Source of the DNA: Podarcis erhardii
Lineage: Eukaryota
Direction: 5' to 3' (one strand)
Length of the DNA stretch: 64,000 bases
Assembly (NCBI GenBank): GCA_964252035.1
Contig: OZ176207.1
Shown: positions 1 through 11,736 of the stretch, piece by piece
Layout: every line of letters starts with the position of its first letter
Position numbering within the stretch: the first letter of the stretch is position 1
Notes under the pieces: model-generated
Seen by the model: only the letters and a program-made list of their open reading frames with translations
Told to the model about the DNA's origin: nothing
Databases searched by the model: none
Program-made: the position numbers and the translations under genes

Positions 1-666
1 GTTTGGATAGGTCTTGAATAAATATATAGTACAATCTCCCGAAGAACAAAAGAAAGAAGCCAGTCTGTACCATTTCTTTATCCTAAAAGTAATGATTACA
101 TTTTAAAAACATACACACAGAGACATATATATAATATGTATGTAACCTTAGTTCCTGCTACAGCTCCCTCTTTGATGTGCTCTTAGTGGCTCTCAAATGG
201 TGATTCCCCCACCCCATTCCCCTCATCAACTGCTCCCACTCCTGTTCAGGCTGCATCCAATTTTTTATCTCATGAGTTCAACATGTGTATAGTTTGCAAG
301 GCAGCATAAGAGTTTCTTTCTGTTTTGCATTAGTCCAGCTGGGATATTAATTCGTACAGACAATTTTATGTGAATGAATAATGCCAACGCATTTTCCATA
401 GTTATCCTATATGCATGGCGTAAGAGCATATGGTCTTGCATGTAACTGAAGAAATGGCCATCAAACTGCAGCTGTATGTAACATTTCGGGCTTGGCATGT
501 AGGAGACTTTTCTATCTTGCTACTCTCGTGAGCTTAGAATTACAGAACTATTTCAGATAATTCAGATCTACCATTAATGTCTATCTACGAAGACTACTTT
601 CTTTAGCTTTATGAAAGCCATAGGCTCAATGCTATACTTTAACTTCCAGAATTAGGGCCTGTCTGA

Positions 667-783
667 ATATAAATGTTAAGATTGTTCTAGAATACACAAC
701 ACTCTTATGGACCCTGAACTACATATAAATGTTAAGATTGTTCTAGAATACACAACACTCTTATGGACCCTGAACTACATATA
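667..783. repeat. Perfect 56-bp tandem duplication
   Basis: Unit ATATAAATGTTAAG...CCCTGAACTAC at 667-722 and 723-778, plus 5 bp of a third unit. Confidence 0.95.
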
Positions 784-974
784 GGCCACATCCACACTAC
801 ACATTTTAAGCACTAAGCTTTTTAACTGTCATGGGTTCTCCTAAAGAATCTGGGAGCTGACATTTGTTTAAGGGGTGCAAAGAGTTGTTAGAGCACCCCT
901 ATTCCTCTCACAGACCTATGATACCCAGAGTTCCCAGAGAAGAGGGACTGATTGTTAGACGACTCTGGAAACTG
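784..974. mobile_element. Palindromic MITE, probably PIF/Harbinger-type (degenerate, partial)
   Basis: Starts GGCCACATCCACAC; internal AAAGAATCTGGGAGCTG similar to copies at 24400, 38638 and 44450; superfamily inferred from the GGC-starting terminus. Confidence 0.55.
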
Positions 975-1153
975 TTTATAATCCTGCCTTGCAAACAAGG
1001 ATTGAACTATGGTTTGCAATCTTGGTTTGTAGTCAGAAGTTAGAGCTGTTGTTTCATGGTTTGGATGAAATGGGAAACTGTAGAGGAAGTGAAAAGAGGG
1101 AACAAACGTTCAAGTACCACACCAATAAACCATGATGATCAAATTGAGATTAT

Positions 1154-1250
1154 TAAGAGGAGTCCTGCTGGATCAGACCAAAAGCTCAGCATCCTATTCT
1201 CACATTGGCCAACCAGAAGCCTATGGGAAGCCCACATACAGGAACTGGGT
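1154..1250 (-). mobile_element. CR1-type 3' end remnant
   Basis: CCTGCTGGATCAGACCAAA...AGCATCCTATTCTCAC...GGGAAGCCCAC, homologous to copies at 5665, 24560, 41985, 50989 and 51793. Confidence 0.65.
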
Positions 1251-2428
1251 AAAACAGCACTCACCACACATATGTATGAACTGGGCCATTGATTCAGCAC
1301 ATTCACCGCCTTAAATAATACCTGTAAAAATGAGAAATAGAGTTAGGTATCATCATTGTACCAATGGCACTTCAGCTATCCATATGTTCTACCCTGTCTA
1401 GAGTCTACACAGTTGGAGGACCATGTAACAGTTGATTGCTATATTCATTAGACAAACACGATGATCATGAGCTGCCCATCATCTAATATCTGGAACAGGA
1501 ACATCGCTGAAATGCTGGAATCCCTGCTTCTTACTAAACTGTATGTAGTGCAGATATTGTTGCTACCAAATCAGATTTTTAAAATGTTGAATTCTTTGTC
1601 TTTCCCCCAAATGAGGATTCTTCTCTGTGCTGTGCTGGTGGGCATCTTTTGCATGGGAACTGCCATAGAGGCTTTATTTTTGGTGGATACTGTGACAGGA
1701 TCAATCTTTTTTACTGGAATAAAAAAACCTGCATTTTTAAACACAACAGAGTACTTGGTTCCTCATGCTTCTGCTGGGTGTGTGTGTGTGTGTAACCTGT
1801 TCTTTCAGTAGACTTTCAGACTAAGTAGCATTACTGCAAGCTGTTGCATTAAAAATAATACAAGATGCTAAATAAAGGAAGATGGATATCAAACTACAAT
1901 CAAGTAGTATTTTGAATCCACCAAAAGGAGAACGAGGTCTTCAGGAGCATGTGAGCATGGAAGGAGGCCACAAGAAGTGAATCCGTTCCAACAAATTATT
2001 CTGAAGTAGCAAAAAGGGGCAGTAATAAAACCAAACTTCCAGCCTATAAAAATAGATTCTCGGAAAATTGAACTCATTAGCTGTGCACTAGTAGTAGCTA
2101 ACTCGTTTTCCTCTGCCATCAAGCTAGTTCAAGGCCAGATATTTCTTTCGACCACTATGAAAAACTAAAAGAGGGGGAAATATAGAATACACATGTGTTG
2201 CATGTATGATTACCTAAGGAAAAAGACACTAGGACACACAGCTCAATCATTCTTTTTCTCAATTTGGATCAAAGCTAGTTTGTGAGGGAATGTCTCAAAG
2301 CATAGTATTTCATAATAAATGACAAGATGGATACAGGATAGATGTGAACTGTAGTTAATGTTGTGTGTTATCTGCTTCCCAAACCAGCAGTGGGAATGCC
2401 CAGAATACTGAGCAGAGCTACCGACACC

Positions 2429-2546
2429 CAGTGCTAGGGTTTTTTTGTTTTTGTTTTTAGAAAAAGAGGTGCCAGAACTCAACATGAACACCTCCCTTGT
2501 TCTCTTATAACAGCAATGGCACCTACCTGAGAGGTGCCGGAACTGA
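2429..2546. mobile_element. hAT-type MITE, one end missing (same family as 28746-28880)
   Basis: CAGTGCTA...TAGAAAAAGAGGTGCCAGAACTC...GAGAGGTGCCGGAACTGA aligns by eye to 28746-28850. Confidence 0.7.
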
Positions 2547-2554
2547 TGACACCC

Positions 2555-2630
2555 TTAACAAACTTCAGTTCCCAGGCTTCTTCAGTGGAAGTCTTGTGCT
2601 TTCAAGGTGCTTTAAATGATGTGGATGTGA
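2555..2630. mobile_element. Right half of the Harbinger-like palindromic MITE
   Basis: AACTTCAGTTCCCAGG...GTGCTTTAAATGATGTGGATGTG is the reverse complement of the terminus seen at 784 and 38638. Confidence 0.45.
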
Positions 2631-5344
2631 CATTGTCAGATTTGGTTGACTAATTGGAACAGAATATGGATGGCAATATACAAACCAATGTGCATGTCCA
2701 TTCACATTCTGCCCAATGAGGAGTTATGTGCAAAGAAGGCTAGACCAAGGTAGTTGATCCACAGTGCTGGCCTCACAGGCAATACAAATAGAATTGGGCA
2801 CAACAGTCCAGTATCCTGAGTCATATTCCCTTTCCCACTTCCCATTAGAATGAAGGCTGTGGGAGGTCCCGTCCACCCTAACTGATGTCATTACACAGCA
2901 AAAACTGGTTGGTAATGTGATGCTCTGTTGTTATGGTCAGTATGTGATCCCTTGTTGTTTGGGATCATTGTTTTGTTTTGTTTTTTAAGGCACCAATGCA
3001 GCGTCAAATCAAGGAAAGAATAACTATGCTCAGGGATTAAGTGGAAAGTGCACTGCTCTCTTTTGTTTCTGTCTTCTTCCTCCCAATGGTAGCTCTCAAT
3101 TTGAAAGCCGAACCTCAAACAGATTTGGTACAGCACTACTGTCAACGGGAACATTTGTGGTTCTGATATCATATCCCCAGCTCTTATTTTCATGCTTCCT
3201 TTCTGATGTTGCAACATTGCTTGGAACAGAATGTTTTGCTTTGGACTTAAAACGCAAAAACCTAAGTAAGCCTTTCTTACGTATTGCTTCAAGATGAGTA
3301 ACTCTGCAGGAAATGCTAACATTTCTATTTAATTGGACCAAGAGCTACCCTGAGCATAGAATAAATGAATTGATTAAGTGGTTCTCTTATTTCCTTATAT
3401 TCATTTTACCGCTGGAAAAGACTCTGAGTGTGTATTGGCTTATAGCAAATGCAAAATAGCAGGCCACATTCAAGCATTTATTTACTTAAAGCATTTCTTA
3501 ACTACTCTTCATCAGAATATTTCAAGCTGGTGTACAAAAGTGTGAAAACAATTCACACAGTGAATAAATACAATGGATGAAATGCAACGCTGCATTCTTC
3601 TCATCATTCTTAGCCTGCCAGATGGAGAGATCCTCCAACCATCCGGCTGGAGACAAATTCAGAATGTGTGGGAAGGAAAAGGAGGGTAAGGCTTGCTGCA
3701 AAAGCAGGTCTCCCATTGATGGGGCTGCTTAGAGGAATCCTGTCCAATATAATTAAACAAAGTGCAACAAACAACATAATAAAAAGGCTAAAAAGTTAAA
3801 ACGAAAACACAAAAATCCCTGCCTACCAAGATCAAGTAGATCCCTTGCTGGTAGGAACTTCCAGCATTCCATACCATTCCCATTTTCTCCTTATAGGTCC
3901 ACATTCATTCCAGTTCAGGTATTTGTTTATAGATGGAGATCCTTCACCTGAAAAGAGGTGACGCTCAGGAGGAAAGGTTTACAGGGTTGAAATTATTCGT
4001 CAGGTTTATCTTTTTAATCTAACGTATGAGGCTTGTCTACATATTATCACCTTTCTCATGAGCAAAGGCTTATGAAAATCTGATTGTTTTTAGTTTAATT
4101 ATTTGTCCCTGCCCTCTTTCCCCTTCAGGGCCTTTTAAGCTACATGAAACTAAGCAATAATGTTCAGAGAGCAAAGATGGGGAGAGTGAAAACTAGTGAC
4201 ATTAATTCCCCATGAATTCCAGTGCAGATATACCAATGCAAACCCTATTAAAATTAATAGGAGTCATGTGACTAAACCTCCTTGAGACCTGAACCTCAAA
4301 GATCTGTATTTAATTTTTGATTTAAAAGAGAAATGAAAAGTATTATTCTGTGGCAATGATGCCTCATTGGCCTGTCACCTGTGTATTTTTTAGCATAATT
4401 CAAAGGTTACTTTGAAGAAAATGATCCGTTTCAAGCACAGAAGCAACTTTTGTATTAGAAGTCAAGGGTCATGAGGATAGTTTAATTAGTATTACAAATC
4501 TGAGTAACATTTTCATCTTAATACTAAAATGAGATGTAGTATCTGCAGTCTACCCCTTAGCTATAATTTTAGACTTAAACAGCCGCAAGGAATTCAATCA
4601 ATAAAATATTTTTCATAACAGTGAAGTGGGTCTACTTTTTAATCAGACTTTTGTAAAAAGAAAAAAGAAAGAAAAAAAGATTGACTATTAACAGAGTATT
4701 AATAAACCATTCTGTTAAATGGGATTTCTAAAAAGAGACTTGAATATAATATTATAGCATGCCAGTGAAATTTGGTGCAGTTATTTTTTAAAAAACGCTT
4801 TGAGCAATATTTATGCCATTCACATGCAATGTAAAGGCATGAGGTAAACAAAGCTTTCATTCCTGTTCTGGCCTTATATTTATTATTATTGCAAGTTAAT
4901 TATAAGCCCTCATATAAGTTTTAAAAATTCAGTGATTATGTTTCCTTTTTATTAAACCGGCCAGAGGTTGTTATTCAGTTTTGTGTTGTTTTATTCTGTT
5001 TCTGTGTTGTTAACGTGCTATTTTACCCTGATTTAGTTTTTATGTGTATTTCATTTTTTGTTTTGCTTTCAGACTTTATTGTGAACTGCCTAGAGAATGT
5101 CAGTTATTGGGAGGTGTAGAAATGCAATGAACAAGCAAAAAGATAAAAAAATAGCAAATATGCTGGGCAGGATCCAGTGGATGAGGTATTATGAAAAAAA
5201 CCTTTTCCCAATCCAATTTCTGCACGCCATGACCACCTTTTACTTGCTCTCCTCCAAATTAAGAAGTCAAATCCTAGCCTTCCTCTCAGGGGAGTTTCTG
5301 TAGCCCCCAGATCACTTTGTTGCTGAATGTGGTTGACTTGTTGA

Positions 5345-5645
5345 CTGTCATAACAGGGCTTGGAACCTCCAGGACTCATTGCCTTACTCTCAGTACTCTC
5401 TCAGGCCCTGTCCCTGCTTGGTATTCGACACCCCTTCCATGAGTCATTTTGCTTGGCTGGAGTGCATTCTTGAACTGTGATAATGCCTCTTGCTTGGTTG
5501 ATAGGATGGATGGATACCAGACAGATGTCTTCATGGTTTGTGAGACCAGAAACCTCTGACTTTTGCATGACTGGAACATAGCCTATTGTACGAAGACAAG
5601 AGACGCATCCGCTATTCCACCCACTTTTGCCTCTGGCTCTGCCTA
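5345..5645. mobile_element. Degenerate hAT-like non-autonomous element (same family as 8840-9175)
   Basis: Shares CTTGAACTGTGATA and CCCAC-(T)-CCTGCCTCTG/TTTGCCTCTG blocks with 8840-9175. Confidence 0.5.
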
Positions 5646-5846
5646 CTTTTAAGAAGATCTCTAAATATAAGTAGAGCCCTACTGGGTCAAATCAAAGGCC
5701 CATCTAGCCCAGCAGCCTGTTCTTACAGTGGCTAGTCAGTTGCCTTTGCAAAGCCTGCAAACAGAACATTAGTGCCACAACATGCTCCTCACTTGAGCTA
5801 CCCAGCATCTGGGATTCAGAGGAATGAGACCTCCAGTACTGCAGGT

Positions 5847-6338
5847 TAGCAGTTTTCAACCTTTTTGAGTCCATGGCTCTCTTGACCAACTACATTCTTT
5901 CTGTTGCACCCCTGTGGGACTCAGGAGCCCAGTTACATCACCCTTTGCCTGCAGAGCTGGCAGCCTCTCACCCTTTCTCGAATATCCTCCCTTGTGGAGT
6001 GTTCCCTCAACCTCCTCTCCTCTCCTTGGGAGTCCTCTGGGCAGCTGCCACCACTGGCCCTGCTCTCTGAGCTGCCCCCAAAAGACGTGCCTCCTTACAC
6101 TGCCCCACAGGGGCCTGGGAAGCAACCCCTGGTCAGCCCCAGAGCCATCATTTGCCTGGGAAGCTTGCGGCAAAGGCTGCTGGAGCAAACAACTGTGCAA
6201 GCCTTTGGGAGGCAGAGACATGAGAGGGCATCAGACGAGGGAGGGAAGAAAAGAGGGATAGAGGCCAGTGTTGCCTGTGGCACCTTTGCCCATTCAAGGC
6301 ACCCCAGAGTGCCACGGCACACTGGTTATAAACCACTG
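5847..6338. mobile_element. hAT-type MITE (older; TSD not recoverable)
   Basis: Termini TAGCAGTTTTCAAC / GTTATAAACCACTG are an imperfect inverted repeat; flanking 8-mers match only 4/8. Confidence 0.6.
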
Positions 6339-6355
6339 TTGTGGCTAATATAAGG

Positions 6356-6717
6356 AAAAGGTAAAGGACCCCTGGATGGTTAAGTCCAGTCAAAGGCGAC
6401 TATGGGGTTTCAGCACTCATCTCGCTTCAGGCTGAAGGAGCTGACATTCGTCCGCAGACAGCTTTCCGGGTCATGTGGCCAGCATGACTAAACCACTTCT
6501 GGCACAATGGGACACCATGACGGAAGCCAGAATGCACAGAAATGCCACTTACCTTTCCGCTGCAGAGGTACCTATTTATCTACTTGCACTGCCATGCTTC
6601 TGAACCGCTGGGACAGAGCAACAGGAGCTCACCCCGTCGCATGTATTTGAACCACCGACCTTCCAATCAGCAAGCCCAAGAGGTTCAGTGGTTTAGACCA
6701 CGGCACCAACTGCTCCC
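6356..6717 (-). mobile_element. Sauria SINE (Squam1), near full length
   Basis: (ACCTTT)n tail at the left end (AAAAGGTAAAGG on +), BovB-like tail, conserved GGTACCTATTTATCTACTTGCAC core, degenerate tRNA-like head at the right end. Confidence 0.92.
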
Positions 6718-6983
6718 GTAAGTAGTATACAGCTATCATGGCTAGTAGTAGCCATCAGTAGCCTTATCCTCCATGAATTTGTCATCCAAAGTGGTGGCCA
6801 TGACTATATCTCGTGGGAGAAAATTCAAGTTTATGTGCTGTGTAAAGTATGTCTATTTGCTTGTCCAGAATCTTCCACCAAGCACCATGTGAGGGGAAGA
6901 AAAACCTAACCCTATCCACTTCCTTCACACATGCATTTTTTTTTTTACACTTTTACTATGTCCTCCATTACTGTACTCTTTTC

Positions 6984-7006
6984 TATATATATATATATAT
7001 ATATAT
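6984..7006. repeat. (TA)n microsatellite
   Basis: Direct reading. Confidence 0.95.
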
Positions 7007-7034
7007 TGTAAGCCCAAAGGCTCCAAATGTAACC

Positions 7035-7350
7035 TTTCCTCATAGGGGTGCTGTTCCAGCTTTGAAATCATTTTTTTTGTTTCTGCAGCTTTTCTAGTTC
7101 CACAATATCATTTTTTAGGTGCAGTGACAGGAACTGAAAGCAGTCCTTTTCTTAATGATCCCTAACATGGAATTCACCTTTTTTCATAGCTGCTGCACAC
7201 TAGTTGACATTTTCACCAAGTTTCCATTTGCTGGCCAGTCACCATCAGTTCAGACCACATAACTGCATACATTACATGAAGTTAAGATTTTTATTTTTTT
7301 GCTTCAGTGTACACCACATTGCCCTTGCTTACACTGAACTGCATTTGCCA
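7035..7350 (-). mobile_element. Old CR1 ORF2 remnant
   Basis: CAGCTTTGAAATC...TTTTCTAGTTCCAC...CCTTTTTTCATAGCTGCTGCACAC...CTTGCTTACACTGAACTGCATTTGCCATTTT resembles antisense CR1 reverse-transcriptase C-terminal region. Confidence 0.55.
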
Positions 7351-8839
7351 TTTTATTGCATGGGGACTCTGTGGTCAGAATGGTCATGAAAATATATGAA
7401 AGGAACATTAAATGTATGCATAAAAACAAAAGCAAAATGACTTTGATTATAACTTTGCAGCATCTGCCCCAAATGTTCACTAATGATGCCCTAAAGTGGT
7501 ACTACAGGAACAGCAAAGTTAAAAGCTGGAAAAAATTTTTTTTTGGGGGGGGGGGAGAACAAAAACAAAAAATCCTTGTGCTGTTTAAAACAACTGACAA
7601 CTACAATCACTAATTCAATTTTTAAAAGCTTTAATAGAAGTCCATCTGTGAGTTCAGTTTGCCTTGGGGAAGGTCTAATTTGAGCTGGCCACTAATGAAA
7701 GCTTTACATGACTATTTAGATGACTACTAAGGAAAAACTGAGAAGTTACCACAGCAACCTCAGCAATGCTTTGTAGTATTTTCCCCCACTGGTGGCTTAA
7801 TATTAATCTTAAATTACTCCCTTAGAACACCAAATTTTATTTTGCAACTTTCACAAGGGACTTTAGTTTAAAGAATGAAAAGGAATCTTCTCACCCTTTC
7901 AGAACTTTATCTTTTATGTTAATAGGAAGCAGATAAACCATGTACCTAATGCTAAAAGCAACAGAATGAGCAACTTTCATCCGTTGAGTTGTGTTCTCTC
8001 AGTATTTTGATAATGATGAACACCAAGGAAAATACGACATGGACAATTGTATGGGCTATATGGAATATCCCTGGATGAAGGGATCAGACATGTAGAAATA
8101 GGGTTTGCAAGCTGGAGATGTTCCCTCATGTGGGATGCTGGACAACAGAATTAAGGAGACAGTAATTTGATGACATGCCCTAAACCCACTGGGGCTTAAT
8201 AGATTGTAGAAAGCCTTGTGATGGCTGTATTAGCTGATGAGTCACGCTCTCATTTGATTAAATATCAAGTTTGTTTTATGCCAAGTTTGTAGTCTGCATT
8301 TATGGACCCCAGAATATCACAAAACTGATTGCCCAAGCTTTACATTGGCATGAAACTACAGTCTTGGATCAAGGAAATCCAGCCTGGTTCCACCCCAAAT
8401 GTACTTTAAAAAAAAAAAAACAACACCTTATACTTGACCCTAAAGCCATATCTGTCCAGGAAGATTTAAACATAGCTATGCCTGTGCCAAGTCAGAAACT
8501 GGCACAATTTCCTCAAAGGTATCTTCCATTATTCTGACAGTAGTATGGCTCTCTTTTCTTTCAGCATTTGTGGAATGTTATTTTTATTCCAAGCAATCGT
8601 GGCTCCTTCTGAGAAGCCCTCAGATATAGTAAACTGCTTTCCATGGAGTAATGCAGAGGCAGAGGGCTTAGTGGCATCCACATAAAGGAAGTTCAATCCC
8701 TGGAAAAAAACCCCACAATTCAAGGTTCTGTGAAGACCCACTGGCCTTCTAGGACACTGCTGATTTCAAGGAAACCAACTACGGTACTTCCAGAAATCAG
8801 GTCTAGCTTCTAGGCCTGTTCACTATTCATTCAGTATGG

Positions 8840-9175
8840 CAGTGGTGGGAACCTCATACACAGGGGCTAAATGTGGCCCTTCAGGCCTCTATCTACCAGG
8901 CCTCAGGATTCTCCACAGGCCACCCAAAACACCCTCACAAGCCCTGTACCCTGCCTCCTTGAGTGGCTTTTCCTGTTGAAATGTGCCCTTGAACTGTGAT
9001 AGGACCTCTTCCTTGCCTGTCTGAAGGACAGAGAGATGTAAAGGGGGCACGTGTCCAGAAACCTCTTATTTTGTGTGGTCTGCTGTACAAAGATAAGAGT
9101 CACAGCTATTGCTCTGCCCACTCCTGCCTCTGTCCACACCCACCACTGGCATACAGCTCCTGGAAGGTTGCCCAT
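8840..9175. mobile_element. Degenerate hAT-like non-autonomous element
   Basis: Starts CAGTGGTGGGAACC...AATGTGGCCCTTCAGGCC; ends near GGAAGGTTGCCC; homologous to 5345-5645. Confidence 0.55.
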
Positions 9176-10451
9176 GAGAAAGAGATCAGTTCTCTGTCTG
9201 ATTATTTTTTTTGCCTCAGCCCACTTTATGGAATTGCCTGTAAACAAGTTGACTGTATTTATCTACACAAACTAATATAACATACCATCTTCTGGGACCA
9301 TGCTCCCACACAAGTCATGTGACCTGCATGAGGTTTCAGCCCTGAAAAAACACTTTTTTTGGGGGGGGGTTAAGACTGCAGTGTGAGATTGTGCTAGATG
9401 GTGGCACTCAAAATGGTCACCGTGTACTCATGCAAAATAATGGGATGTCCCAGTTTTCCTGGGGCAGTTAAGGGGGATGATATAATTGATTTGGTTCTTC
9501 ATATAAGTAATGATTAAAATAACAGCTTCTACTTGGTTTACACCAAATAGTATATTTAATTTTATAAATTCTTCCACAGAGAATCTTGTGCATGCTATCC
9601 ATTTTATCCCCCCACTTCCACATAGACTACAGACAGACCACAGACAGCTGACATTCCGAAAAGGCTGACTGATACATTTCTTCCACAAGCTGTAACCACA
9701 CCTTCAACATTTATGTCTTAATTGCCAGTATAATTTCCCTTTTTTGAGGTTAATGTGTCTCTTTAAAAAGAAAAAGAAAACACCCCCCAAAATGTATGAA
9801 TATCAGATTGTCAGTATTGTTATGAGGGTTTTGTGGGGGGGAGGGGTTCAGTCTGGATGATGCCCCAAGTCCCTTCCAATTCTTGGGATCCTGTATTTGT
9901 GGGAGTACAATGTATGAGGGGAAGCTTGCCAAAGCAGTTCCTTTGCTTAGATAATGGCTTTGGCTAGTAAGTTCAGCACCACAATTAGCATAACCAAAGA
10001 AGCTGTTCTGTGAGATAGGACAAATGGGTATGCCTTCTCCCCACTCCACCTAGCCATTATGTAGGAGAACAATAGTCAGAGAGCAGAGCTGGAAGCAGGT
10101 TGGAAGTTGGAGGCACAGATCCAAAGCTGTGACTAATGGAGAAGCAATATATTTTTTTGGGGGGGGGAGAGGTTAATGCTGTGAACCCCTCGATCCTATG
10201 TTCAGGATGTATATATGTGTAAATAAAACTATACATCCTAAAGGCACCACCATGTACCCTAAAGATCCCACAGTCTCTGCTGACCTTCAGTTCAAGGGAA
10301 CTAGAACTCTGGGCAAGTGCTGTAGCCTCACTGCTCTGATATGGCTATTCTCAGTGATACATAGAATGCCCTTTTAAAAATAAGAATAGATGAATAGGGA
10401 ATAGGGCATAGCAGGAACAGCAATTTTGTTTATAAATATATTTATATTCTA

Positions 10452-10503
10452 CCCCAGAGTCGTCCGCGACTGGACTTAACGGTCGGGGTCCCTTTACCTT
10501 TAC
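10452..10503 (+). mobile_element. Sauria SINE 3' tail only (5'-truncated)
   Basis: CCCCAGAGTCGTCCGCGACTGGACTTAACGGTCGGGGTCCCTTTACCTTTAC; CpGs intact. Confidence 0.85.
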
Positions 10504-10740
10504 TATATAATAAAAATATATCAAAGTGGTTTGCAACAATAAAGACACAAAGCCATACAGCATAAGCCTAACAAGTTAAAAACAAGTAAAAACAAGTTAA
10601 AAACAAAAAAGTTTAAACACAGCTGGGTTGTGCTTTTTCTCAAATTGGATTGAAGCTGGATTTGCAGGGGAAGAGGGAATGCATAAAGATCCAGTGTTTC
10701 ATAAGAAGTGATAGGATAGATATGGATTAGGACTAACACC

Positions 10741-11386
10741 GTGCCTACTCTGCTTTCCACACCACTGGAAAGCACTGGGAGACTCTGACCAAATATCAGG
10801 TATGCTCTGAACCCCTGGCTTACCTGGAAGCAAGTCAGTATGACAAGTCCAAAGTCCAGGGATGAATCCACATGCCCGAGGTCCAAAGATCAGGAAACAC
10901 AGTCCAGGTTCAATCCAAATAGGCCAGCTCTAAAGTCCAGCAGTCAGGATACAGTCCAGAGTCAAAGAACAGTCCCATAGAGGCCAACATCCAAGCCAAG
11001 GAGGGTCACCAACAGGTGACCCTCACCTGTTCTAAGCCCACTCCAGCTGAGGAATCACACAACTCCTCCCAGAGCTAGTGAACCCCACCTGGCCAGCTGG
11101 TAAGCTGAGCTGTAGGCCCTCGCCTGCCTCAACCACCTAGAGCGCCACTCCTGCTGCTCCTTACATTTCAGAGCCTGCTGTGGTCACGGAAACAGGGCTT
11201 CTCTGGCTCTGGTGATGGGCTCTGCTGCTCTGGTTCCTGTGCATTGACCCTCATCCCCTGGCCTCCATCATGCTGTAAGTTCTTCCTTCCCCATTCCCTG
11301 CTTGTCCTGGCTTGTCCCAGTCCTGGCTACACCCCTCGCTGGGATCCTCTTCCTCCTCCTCCTCATTCTCCTGCCAGTTTATGACA
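10741..11386 (-). mobile_element. LTR-like element (Gypsy-type solo LTR candidate)
   Basis: Begins TGTCATAAAC on the minus strand; repeated AGTCCA motifs resemble vertebrate Gypsy LTRs; left boundary and TSD not found. Confidence 0.4.
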
Positions 11387-11736
11387 AGGAATAACTTTCT
11401 GACAGTAAGAGATGTTTAACAGTGGAACAGACTTCCTCAGGAAGTTGTGGACCAGGCATAGGCAAACTTGACCCTCCAGATGTTTTAGGACTTCAATTCC
11501 CATCATCCCTGACCACTGGTCATGTTAGCTAGGGATCATGGGAGTTATAGTTCCAAAACATCTGGAGGGCCGAGTTTTAATATGCCTGTTGTGGACTATT
11601 CACTGGAGGTTTCTAAGCAGACGTTGGATGGTCTTTTGTCATGGATGCTTTAGTTGAGATTCCTGCATTGCAGGGGGTTGGACTAGATGACCCTTGGCGT
11701 CCAATCCTACCCTACACTGCTATGATCCTACGATTT
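11387..11736 (+). mobile_element. CR1 LINE 3' end, interrupted by a hAT MITE
   Basis: AGGAATAACTTTCTGACAGTAAGA...CAGTGGAACAGACT...GATTCCTGCATTGCAGGGGGTTGGACTAGATGACC plus a degenerate ATTCTATG-type tail; homologous to 34470-34762. Confidence 0.88.
11453..11588. mobile_element. 136-bp hAT MITE with perfect 8-bp TSD
   Basis: TIRs CAGGCATAGGCAAACT / AGTTTTAATATGCCTG (13/16); TTGTGGAC at 11445-11452 and 11589-11596. Confidence 0.92.

Larger units (their letters stand above)
5665..6790 (-). mobile_element. CR1-type 3' fragment split into 5665-5846 and 6718-6790 by two younger insertions
   Basis: Left part GAGCCCTACTGGGTCAAATCAAAGGCCCATCTAG...; resumes as CAGCTATCATGGCTAGTAG...CCTTATCCTCCATGAATTTGTC; uninterrupted equivalent at 50989-51212. 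Confidence 0.7.

Noticed and set aside
11001-11030. Two overlapping alternative hairpins (10-bp and 8-bp stems)
   Set aside because: Short stems near chance expectation, inside an LTR-like repeat; no support for a switch function.
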